A stretch of DNA of 64,000 nt, taken from the NCBI GenBank assembly GCA_041391485.1, contig JAWKNY010000002.1, forward strand, positions 128,245-192,244, written 5' to 3'. The notes below the pieces were generated by a model that saw only the letters and a list, made by a program, of their open reading frames with translations, was not told the origin of the DNA and did not search any database. The position numbers and the translations under genes are program-made. Source of the DNA: Bdellovibrionota bacterium. GTDB lineage: Bacteria > Bdellovibrionota > FAC87 > UBA2466 > JACKAF01. Positions 40,011-47,769 of the stretch are shown here, one piece after another (positions within the stretch are counted from its first letter, which is position 1; every line of letters begins with the position of its first letter).

Positions 40011-41152
40011 GCCAAAGGAAGTACCGCCCCTGCAGCAATACTTTTCTCAGATGGGGCCGCCGCGTTTACGCCCGTCGCAAACTTGAAGTAATTCAGCACC
40101 GCAATGCCTGTATAGGTAACGGGAATGTAGTGAAAACCTCGGCGGATCAAAAACAACGCCCACCTTGCGGCAAATTTGCCCGAGATAAGGCCGGGTCCCA
40201 TCCGCGAGGTAAACGCGGCTGGGCAGATGTGACGGTAGATAAAATCATTGTCTCGGTAGTAGTGACGCGCGTAGCGGGCGTAGGCGCCTTTGGAAGCCTT
40301 ATAGATCTTTAAGTCTGCATTTCCCCAGTGAGAGTGGGATTCAATTTCCGATCCCACCGCCCAGACCTCGACCGGAAACCGGCGGCCTTTCGCGGCTTTC
40401 TTAAAGCGTTCAATCAGCGCAACAAACGAGTCACAATTGGCCTGCATCGCATGTTCAACCTTGGAACCATGCGCGAGGACCAAGATGTCCGTTTCTGGCA
40501 AGACTGCTTCAATTTTGGAGTAGTCCTCGTACGTCCAATCGCTGCCGAAAGAAAAGGTAAGGATAGATTTTACCCCGGCCTTTTCTAAACACTCCACCAT
40601 GCCCGAGCCAAAAGATCCGGAAGCTCCCGTGATGGCCACCCGGCGTCCTTCCAATGGACAACCTGTTCCCGCTATCCAGTCGAAGAGGCGCAGCATGGAT
40701 CCCATGTACTGATCGGGGTAAACGTGATGAAGCGCGTGGTACTTGGGCCCAACCATCGAACCTGGGCCCGGCTGGGGGAGTATCTCAAAACGCACGTGGT
40801 TGATGTCCCGCCCGCGCAGATAAACAGCCCCAACAAAGGTCCCGGTATGCACCAACACGACAAGGACAACAGCCAATGGTTCAAAAAAGAAAAGCCCCAA
40901 GAGCGTCCCCAAAACGTGCGTCAGGTACTCGGGAATAAGATGATAAACAAGATTGCCCCGGACCTTTTCCTCATGAAAATCCAAAGCCATATCCAAAAAA
41001 TCGTGGTGCGCTTGGTGTAGGGTGGCCCCAAAACGTAGAAGTCGGGACTTGGAGCGCGCGAAACGGTGCAACGCAAAATGGACTATGTCAAAAAGGAAGG
41101 TCCCAATCGCATAAAGCACGAAACCTTGGACCGCCACCGTGAGCCAATACAT
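40007..41152 (-). CDS. bifunctional fatty-acid hydroxylase/sterol-desaturase-like membrane domain plus short-chain dehydrogenase domain
   Basis: His boxes HFALH, HQAHHDF and HALHHVYP in the N-terminal TM half. The C-terminal half has VAITGASGSFGSG (Rossmann). Confidence 0.75.
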   Translation of the reverse strand: MYWLTVAVQGFVLYAIGTFLFDIVHFALHRFARSKSRLLRFGATLHQAHHDFLDMALDFHEEKVRGNLVYHLIPEYLTHVLGTLLGLFFFEPLAVVLVVLVHTGTFVGAVYLRGRDINHVRFEILPQPGPGSMVGPKYHALHHVYPDQYMGSMLRLFDWIAGTGCPLEGRRVAITGASGSFGSGMVECLEKAGVKSILTFSFGSDWTYEDYSKIEAVLPETDILVLAHGSKVEHAMQANCDSFVALIERFKKAAKGRRFPVEVWAVGSEIESHSHWGNADLKIYKASKGAYARYARHYYRDNDFIYRHICPAAFTSRMGPGLISGKFAARWALFLIRRGFHYIPVTYTGIAVLNYFKFATGVNAAAPSEKSIAAGAVLPLA

Positions 41153-41259
41153 ACTCTTCCGCCTCGCTTAGACGAGCCGAATGTAGCATAGGCCTGGGGA
41201 AAACGCCTAGCAAACGGGCACCCTTTACATTTTTATTGGCCAGCAGTACTGTCCCACCC

Positions 41260-41610
41260 ATGAAACCCATCGATTGGCATTATCACCGCAAGGGTTGAAT
41301 GACCTGCAAGCGCGCGGAAGAGTTTCTTTCGCAAGAAAAGATACCGGTCACTACCCAAGTCGACGCAAAGAAGGAGCGCATTGGTGCGAAAGACGCCGTC
41401 AAGCTCGCTCGCTCTGCCGGTGAATTATGGGTCGCCAAGGGCAAGAAGTTCCTCCACTTCAATCTAAAAAAGGACAAGCTCACCGACGCTGAACTTGAAA
41501 AAGTACTCCTCGGACCTTCCGGTAACCTGCGCGCTCCCACGCTGCGCAAAGGCAACGAGCTTTTCGTGGGTTTTCACCCGGAAGCGTTCAAACCTCGCCT
41601 GCTCCAATAG
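41260..41610 (+). CDS. ArsC/Spx/YffB-like thioredoxin-fold protein with an in-frame TGA (41296-41298) at the first position of the CxxC motif; candidate selenoprotein or point-mutated gene
   Basis: ATG 41260 gives MKPIDWHYHRKG-TGA-MTCKRAEEFLSQEKIPV...LGPSGNLRAPTLRKGNELFVGF. The track ORF starts at ATG 41299, immediately after the TGA. Confidence 0.55.
41314..41332 (+). promoter_or_regulatory. hairpin 16 nt downstream of the in-frame TGA (possible bacterial SECIS)
   Basis: GCGGAAG-AGTTT-CTTTCGC: a 7-bp stem (one G-U pair) with a 5-nt loop containing GU. Confidence 0.3.
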
Positions 41611-41723
41611 CTCTTTCGACTGTAGATTTTTCCACTGACGCGTAGCGGTTCCTCAAACACAAACTTGTGCCTACACTCCGGCCAACGTAGCGGCAACTGG
41701 GGCCGCTTGGGTCTGGGGGGAAC

Positions 41724-42998
41724 ATGGGGCAGCTTCGGTTTGTACTATTAGGATGGGTTTGTCTTTCGCTTTCGGCTTTGGGAGTGCCAAAGAACTACCG
41801 CACATTCCTGGAAGCGCTCCGCGCAGATTCCGCCATGGACGAGGACGGAGACAACTTCTCCTTTGTTGATTTAAAAGAGCTCATCGAAAGCCGTGATCTG
41901 CGAAATGTGGAAGACGTACTGCCCCTACTTCCCGAAAACTTGCGCACTCATTTTGTTCTCATCGAAGACTCCAAAAGCCTACAAGGAGCCACAGAAAAAA
42001 ATCCCCGAGCGGTGCTCTACGCTCGGCGTGGGCGTTTCGTTCTCACATTCAACGGAGACCCAACTCAACGCGGGTACCGATCCCTCGAAATGATGGAGTA
42101 CCAGGAGGACAGTCATTCCTACGAGTTTAGACGGATCGACTTTCCACAAAGCGGCCCCGCTGTATTCTCGGAAGCCAATCCCAAACGGTGCCAAGGTTGT
42201 CATCAAAACCCGGCGCGGCCTAACTGGGGGCGTTACCCCTTTTGGCCCGGAGCCGTCGGGGAGAAAGACTCCCTGGATGACAGAGCGCGAGCCAAGTTTA
42301 ACCGGTTTATTCGCGATGGTGCCACCCACCCACGTTACCGTCACTTAAAACGCGCTGAAAACTTGGCTGCGATTGAAGCCCAAACACTAAAATTCACGCC
42401 GGCCTTTGAGCTAGACGTACTGTACGACATCATTGATGAAGACCGGCTCTCTCACTGGATTCAGCAAACAGAATCCTACGAAACATACAAATACGCGATC
42501 TTGGCGGCGCTCGTAGACTGCGACAGTCTGGTGGACTTTATTCCCAGCTCATCTGTTCACGGTGGAGCGGCACAGATGTCGGTCCTGCTCCGCGATACCA
42601 AGCAAGTATTGAGCGCTATTCCTGAACCCAACAAGCGCCTGCTGGATGAACTTGAGTACCGTATTACTGCAAATGTACGCTACGTGTTTGAAAGACGAGG
42701 CATCTCGATCCGATCGTGGGCAAAATCTTTCGAAACGGAGTACCTCATGACAACCGTTTCTGGTGTCTTCTTTGAGAACATCGCCTGGAAACTGCGCAAC
42801 TCGGATACGGAGCTTGAAGCCGTTCCGTTCGAGTACGCCTCTCTCTTACGGCATTACGGCCGCATTCAATTCCCCACTCTTTATAAAGAGGAGGATGCCG
42901 CTAACATGCGCCGCAGTTGCGCCAATTTAAAGCAACAAAGCCTTGCGTCTTTTTCCAGCGCGGCCACCCGGAAAAGCGCACGGGACGCGGGTTTTTAG
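41724..42998 (+). CDS. secreted protein with a single CxxCH haem-binding motif
   Basis: 424-aa ORF with signal peptide. CQGCHQNPARPNWGRYPFWPG. No further family assignment. Confidence 0.5.
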   Translation: MGQLRFVLLGWVCLSLSALGVPKNYRTFLEALRADSAMDEDGDNFSFVDLKELIESRDLRNVEDVLPLLPENLRTHFVLIEDSKSLQGATEKNPRAVLYARRGRFVLTFNGDPTQRGYRSLEMMEYQEDSHSYEFRRIDFPQSGPAVFSEANPKRCQGCHQNPARPNWGRYPFWPGAVGEKDSLDDRARAKFNRFIRDGATHPRYRHLKRAENLAAIEAQTLKFTPAFELDVLYDIIDEDRLSHWIQQTESYETYKYAILAALVDCDSLVDFIPSSSVHGGAAQMSVLLRDTKQVLSAIPEPNKRLLDELEYRITANVRYVFERRGISIRSWAKSFETEYLMTTVSGVFFENIAWKLRNSDTELEAVPFEYASLLRHYGRIQFPTLYKEEDAANMRRSCANLKQQSLASFSSAATRKSARDAGF

Positions 42999-43060
42999 CC
43001 GGACCATTGACGGTCGGCATCCGAACTGCTGTGCTGGGCGCACTTCACAGGAGGTGTCCC

Positions 43061-43672
43061 ATGTACCGATCCCCCATCCTCGGACTATGCGCTCTCGTCT
43101 TCAGCGCATCCACATTCGCAGTAGAGCCAGAGCTTTTTGCGGACAGCCAACCCAATCGAGGCAACGTGGTCGCTGTTCGGCGCGACGTTCGACCGTGGCA
43201 TCTCGATCTTCTTGGCCCGTGCAAACGCGATCTGTCTAGCTGGAAGCAGAGTAAGCCACAGTCACATGTCTTTGCATATTGCCGAGTCTCCAATGTAGTC
43301 CCCAAGAATGTAGAGAAGGCGGGACTTCAATTCCACCAGGAGGGCATTTCTCTCTCCGAGACGGTGAACATCGGAAAGTACAAGATCGTAGTTGAGGCGC
43401 GCATGGAAAGCGGCACCACTTTAAGGCTGGACGGCTGGCTATACAACTTCGAGTACAGTTCCTATTCAGGAACGGATTCCGAACAAGCCAGCGCCAAACA
43501 GTACTTTGCGAGCGCGGTGGAGAGTGCAATTTCCAAATGGAAGTCCAAAAACACGCCGCTCGTTCACTACTCTTTGTCCTACAGCACGCGAAATGACTTT
43601 CAATTCGATGGAACGGCGTCTGGCGAAGGCGGCGAAAAGCGGCTTTATTCCACTTTTGACAAAGAAGAGTAA
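43061..43672 (+). CDS. secreted hypothetical protein
   Basis: Start at ATG 43061, preceded by AGGAGG. Signal peptide MYRSPILGLCALVFSASTFAVEP. The upstream part of the track ORF overlaps the previous gene. Confidence 0.5.
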   Translation: MYRSPILGLCALVFSASTFAVEPELFADSQPNRGNVVAVRRDVRPWHLDLLGPCKRDLSSWKQSKPQSHVFAYCRVSNVVPKNVEKAGLQFHQEGISLSETVNIGKYKIVVEARMESGTTLRLDGWLYNFEYSSYSGTDSEQASAKQYFASAVESAISKWKSKNTPLVHYSLSYSTRNDFQFDGTASGEGGEKRLYSTFDKEE

Positions 43673-43950
43673 GACCGGGAACGGATCATACAGAATACGT
43701 TCAGGTCTTCCCGCTATTCCTGGGGAATACTTGGCCACTCAAGGGCTTAGTCCCCCTAAAACAAGGTGTACACTTTATAGCCTAACGCTGTTCGTATTCG
43801 TCGCAGGTTCAACCCCGCTTCCCGCACGAAATGGAGCCCTCCGGTCCAAAGCCCAAGAAGACAGGTGGAATACGCCTCCAAAAGCCAAGAATTTGTGCCT
43901 GCGTAACTAGGCCCGCCCTTTGCATTCTTAATAAGTGAAACCAGAGGTCA

Positions 43951-45639
43951 GTGTTAAAAAGGGGTTCGGGAACGGTGACAAGGCTGTCCCACATTCTACT
44001 TCTCTTTATATGTTGGTCCTACGCACCCGCGTGGGCGGTGGAAGAACCCACCAAATTGCACGACACTGCGCGAGGCGTAGGGGAAGCCCAAGATACGGGT
44101 ACCGGCACGAGCCCCAGCACGAAGGGCGACGAAGACACGCAGAAAGACGAAGATCCCAAGGAAAAACTGCGCCGACGCGCCAAAGATCTGGCCAATAAAC
44201 TTGTTAATGCCGAAGCGCTCAAGAGCGGCGAAGGAAAATCCGCTGAAGAAAGGTCCAAAGCCGCCAACGAAGACTCCGACAACATGGGTGACTTCATCGG
44301 AGAGGTGAAAGGCGAGGACGGCAAGTTCGACGAAGAGTTCGCAACAGCGGCCGACGAAGTCCTTACCGAGATCCAGACCGATCTCCAAACTCGACTCGAC
44401 AGTTTGCCACCAGGCCCCTCACCTGAGCGCACGGAGCTGCAAGCTCAGCTGGGGCGTGTTGCCGCGCTTCAAGGTTTTATTACGAACAACGCGCCGCCGG
44501 GAAGCGCCCTGGCACGCGGTCCTTCTGGCGGCACCGGCAGCACAGTTGCGACGGGCACAACGCCCGCGGGCACTTCCACGAATTCGAACGGCAGCACCTT
44601 GGACATTGCTGGCAAGTCAGGCGGCACATCCGATCCGGGTAAAGGCACTGGCAACAGTCAGGTCGCCGCCAATCAAAGCAGCACCAGCCAACCCCTCAAG
44701 AGTTTGCCTTTACCTTCTACGGCTTCTACGACTTCTACGACTTCTACGACAACAACACCGCAAGCATCGCAACCTGCAGTCGCACAGTCGCCACCGCAAT
44801 CGACTAAGAATGCACAGCCGACCAAAAAGCCCGTTGCGACGCCTCCTACTATCTATACGGCAGCAGTGGACAAAGCGACTCAAGCTATCAAGGCTTTGGA
44901 AACAAGCTTCTTCGGACCCAAGGATTCGGTCAAATCCGAAACTCCGAAAACCGAAGTGGCGAGTGCTCCCAAAACAAAAGAAGGTGTGGTCACCGCCAGA
45001 GAGTCCACCAAACAACGGCCCACTGCGGAGCCGCCAAAGGCCTTCACGCCTCCCGCTCTAAAAACAGTCGTCGCGAGTGTCAGTCCGAGCACGGCTAACT
45101 CCAACGGCACGGGCGGTTCTTCGACTGCGTTTACAGGCGATGAAACTTTCGACTTCAATAAGATTGAGTCGTCGCCTCCGGCCCCCATTGTGGCGGCAGG
45201 GGCAAGGCCTTACGCACCCGAGGCTCCTCGCGGTGTAACTACCATTGAGCAGGAATTCTTTGAGCCCACAGCAACCACCTCGCTAAATAGCAAACCGGTG
45301 GTTGAAGTCGCTAGCACGCCCGAGGCGACGGAAAACTCGGACGTAGTTTCCTTGCGCACGGTTGCCAGCTCTAGGGGCGCGCTACGTGAGTTTGCGAGCG
45401 AAATGAAAAAGGGTTTGGATAATCTGAAGGAACGCCTCACCCAGGAAAGCGAACCGGAACCGGAGACGACTTCGATTTCGGACGCTCGCCCTGTTACTCC
45501 GGCGAAACCCTCAACGAGCTCTGCTACTCTGGAAACGCAGATGGCGAGCACGCCCAGTACCGCCGAAGCCAAGCCCGGCGGATCCGTCCTCCAATTCATG
45601 AACCTCATGAAACAGAAAGCCCAGGAAAACCCCGTCTAG
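43951..45639 (+). CDS. secreted low-complexity Ser/Thr/Pro/Ala-rich protein
   Basis: 562-aa ORF with GTG start and signal peptide LSHILLLFICWSYAPAWA. Acidic coiled N-terminal part, then long S/T/P/A/G tracts. Confidence 0.55.
   Translation: MLKRGSGTVTRLSHILLLFICWSYAPAWAVEEPTKLHDTARGVGEAQDTGTGTSPSTKGDEDTQKDEDPKEKLRRRAKDLANKLVNAEALKSGEGKSAEERSKAANEDSDNMGDFIGEVKGEDGKFDEEFATAADEVLTEIQTDLQTRLDSLPPGPSPERTELQAQLGRVAALQGFITNNAPPGSALARGPSGGTGSTVATGTTPAGTSTNSNGSTLDIAGKSGGTSDPGKGTGNSQVAANQSSTSQPLKSLPLPSTASTTSTTSTTTTPQASQPAVAQSPPQSTKNAQPTKKPVATPPTIYTAAVDKATQAIKALETSFFGPKDSVKSETPKTEVASAPKTKEGVVTARESTKQRPTAEPPKAFTPPALKTVVASVSPSTANSNGTGGSSTAFTGDETFDFNKIESSPPAPIVAAGARPYAPEAPRGVTTIEQEFFEPTATTSLNSKPVVEVASTPEATENSDVVSLRTVASSRGALREFASEMKKGLDNLKERLTQESEPEPETTSISDARPVTPAKPSTSSATLETQMASTPSTAEAKPGGSVLQFMNLMKQKAQENPV
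44714..44749 (+). repeat. 4 tandem copies of the 9-nt unit CTTCTACGR inside the S/T-rich gene
   Basis: cttctacgg cttctacga cttctacga cttctacga, read directly. It encodes the STASTTSTTSTT tract. Confidence 0.8.
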
Positions 45640-45828
45640 AAAAAGGACGCACCTTTTCCCAACTGTCCCCAAAATTAAGCAATTGTATTCATTTAAGTAA
45701 TCTTTCATAATAAACGCGCCCAAGCGGTGACACTTAATGATGCATTGCATTTAGTATAGAGAATTGCTATCGATTTTGGCTTATTGCCAAGCCAGAGCGG
45801 CAAACGCTGGTGGAGGAGTTCAAAAACT

Positions 45829-47769
45829 ATGTCTTCAAAAAAATCGGGGGGCGCTTTCACCCCTTACGTACCCGCTTCAAAAGATATTCCGGAAGTCACC
45901 GCACGCGCGGTGATCTTGGGAATCTTGTTGGGCATTGTTTTGGGCGCGGCCAACACTTACCTCGGCCTCTACGCCGGAATGACAGTCTCAGCGTCGATTC
46001 CTGCAGCGGTTATCTCGATGGGAATTCTCCGCGGTCTTTTGAAACAAGGCACGATCCTCGAGAACAACATCGTGCAAACGATGGCGTCGACGAGTGAGTC
46101 GCTGGCGGCGGGAGTTATTTTTACGGTCCCCGCTCTTATCCTTACTGGCGCTTGGCACAAGTTTCATTACGTACCGGCAACGCTCATCTGTATTACGGGC
46201 GGTCTGCTCGGCATTTTGTTCATGATCCCGCTGCGCCGATCACACATCGTGGAAGATCAGGATCTCACCTTCCCGGAAGGCGTGGCGTGTGCAGAAGTTT
46301 TGAAGAGTGGTGAAGAAGGGGCGGGCAGCGCCAAGTACCTTTTTTACTCCATCTTTGCGGGAGCGCTGCTGAAGTTCCTCACGGCGGGTACCAACCTGGT
46401 AAAAGGTGCCGTTGAATGGGCCTGGGGAGTTGGCAAAACTGGATTTTATTTTGGTACGGATGTCTCGGCAGCCCTTCTCGGCGTTGGTTACATCATCGGC
46501 TTTAACATCGCCGCCCTCATGATGCTCGGTGGCCTTATCGCCTGGACCGTGGCACTCCCGATCATGGGAGCCACCGGTAATGGAATCGAAGGCGAGCTGA
46601 TGGATTGGTTCTGGACGAACTGGAGCACCAAAATCCGCTATATGGGCGTCGGCGCCATGATCGTTGGCGGCATTTGGTCCATTATCAGCATCCGAGACGG
46701 CATTAAGTCCGGCTTGAAAGAGGCTCTCGTGGGTTACAAAGAAGCGGGTGGCAAGGTAGCAAGCAAGCTACTTCGCACAGACGTGAACATGGATCAGAAG
46801 CACATTCTGCTTCTGCTCATCCTCACCACGATCGCAATCTTTGGCCTCTACCTCCAAATGATCCACGCCCCTATCGCGATTAAGCTTGGGCTGACTTCCA
46901 TCTCTACCCTAGCGATGGTGGTACTGTCCTTCTTCTTTGTGGCGGTAGCGAGCTACATCGTGGGCTTGGTGGGTTCTTCTTCTTCGCCTGTTTCTGGCAT
47001 GACGATTTGTGCGATTCTCGCTACGGGTGGCTTGCTTCTACTCGCGAGAAAGTTTCTTCTCAGCCAAGGTATCGCGCTTGGAGAAATGGCTTTTATCACA
47101 GCCACTCTAGGCGTAGCCGGCGTTGTCTGCTGTGCGACTTGCACGGCGGGTGATATTTCGCAGGATCTGAAAACCGGTTACATCCTGGGCGCGACACCCA
47201 AACGTCAGCAATGGATGGAAGTGGTCGCGGCCATCATCCCGTCGCTAGTAATCGTCCCGGTGCTTATCGTGCTCAACGAAGTGTACGGAATCGGAACGGG
47301 TGAGCCGGGTTCGCTCAAAGCCCCTCAGGCAACCTTGTTTGCAAACCTGGTGAGCGCCCTCTTCACGGACAAGGAAATCCCTTGGTTCTTTGTGGAGGTG
47401 GGTGCAGCCGTAGGTGTGGGCATCATCATCATGGACCTGGTGCTCAAGAAAATCGGTTCTTCCTTCCGCATGCCCATCATGGCGGTGGCTGTAGGTATTT
47501 ATCTGCCGCTGACGCTGTCGACCCCGATTTTTATCGGTGGCATCATTGCAGCGATGATGAGTGAGCGTCGTGGAGACACGGATCGCGGAACGCTTTTCGC
47601 CTCCGGTCTGATCGCGGGCGAGGCCATTATCGGTGTCGTTTTGGGAGCAGTGATTTACTTCGGTAAGGACGTGTTCCCGCTAGCGTTGGGACCCGGTTCG
47701 GACATGCTATCCGTTGCCGTATTCGCAGCGATGGCGTTCGTGCTCTACCGAGTCGCGAAATCGAGCTAG
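45829..47769 (+). CDS. OPT family oligopeptide transporter
   Basis: About 646 aa from ATG 45829. TPYVPASKDIPEVTARAVILGILLGIVLGAANTYLGLYAGMTVSASIPAAVISMGIL is a typical OPT N-terminus. Many TM helices. Confidence 0.9.
   Translation: MSSKKSGGAFTPYVPASKDIPEVTARAVILGILLGIVLGAANTYLGLYAGMTVSASIPAAVISMGILRGLLKQGTILENNIVQTMASTSESLAAGVIFTVPALILTGAWHKFHYVPATLICITGGLLGILFMIPLRRSHIVEDQDLTFPEGVACAEVLKSGEEGAGSAKYLFYSIFAGALLKFLTAGTNLVKGAVEWAWGVGKTGFYFGTDVSAALLGVGYIIGFNIAALMMLGGLIAWTVALPIMGATGNGIEGELMDWFWTNWSTKIRYMGVGAMIVGGIWSIISIRDGIKSGLKEALVGYKEAGGKVASKLLRTDVNMDQKHILLLLILTTIAIFGLYLQMIHAPIAIKLGLTSISTLAMVVLSFFFVAVASYIVGLVGSSSSPVSGMTICAILATGGLLLLARKFLLSQGIALGEMAFITATLGVAGVVCCATCTAGDISQDLKTGYILGATPKRQQWMEVVAAIIPSLVIVPVLIVLNEVYGIGTGEPGSLKAPQATLFANLVSALFTDKEIPWFFVEVGAAVGVGIIIMDLVLKKIGSSFRMPIMAVAVGIYLPLTLSTPIFIGGIIAAMMSERRGDTDRGTLFASGLIAGEAIIGVVLGAVIYFGKDVFPLALGPGSDMLSVAVFAAMAFVLYRVAKSS

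Noticed and set aside
20689-41298. Genome-wide stop-codon reassignment (TAG or TGA as sense) as the explanation for the in-frame stops
   Set aside because: TAG, TGA and TAA all terminate well-conserved genes at the expected length here. Examples are TAG for thrS, the Nudix gene and corrected pheT, TGA for the cyclase and the PKS, and TAA for M13 and NtrC. Global recoding is therefore not supported.
43673-43950. Possible tRNA, SRP or other small RNA in the 278-nt intergenic gap (GGTTCAACCCC, GGAGCCCTCCGGTCCAAAG...)
   Set aside because: I could not build a cloverleaf: the T-arm-like string has no pairing stem. The SRP-like string lacks the GGAA tetraloop and AGCAGC motif. Only a weak inverted repeat (CGGGAA/TTCCCG) is present. 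A covariance-model scan would be needed to decide.
43996-45188. Multiple overlapping ORFs (43996-44432 minus, 44456-45061 plus, 44710-45188 minus) within the S/T-rich gene
   Set aside because: Low-complexity repetitive DNA stays open in several frames. Only the 43951-45639 frame has a signal peptide and spans the whole region.
45641-45657. Terminator-like hairpin AAAAGG-ACGCA-CCTTTT after the S/T-rich gene
   Set aside because: The stem is only 6 bp and AT-rich, and the T run is part of the stem rather than following it. This is too weak to call as a feature.
45776-45795. Sigma-54 promoter-like TGGC...GC upstream of the OPT transporter
   Set aside because: The GG-to-GC spacing is 4 nt too short or 1 nt too long relative to TGGCAC-N5-TTGC. 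It is better described as a small hairpin (TTGGC-TTATT-GCCAA).
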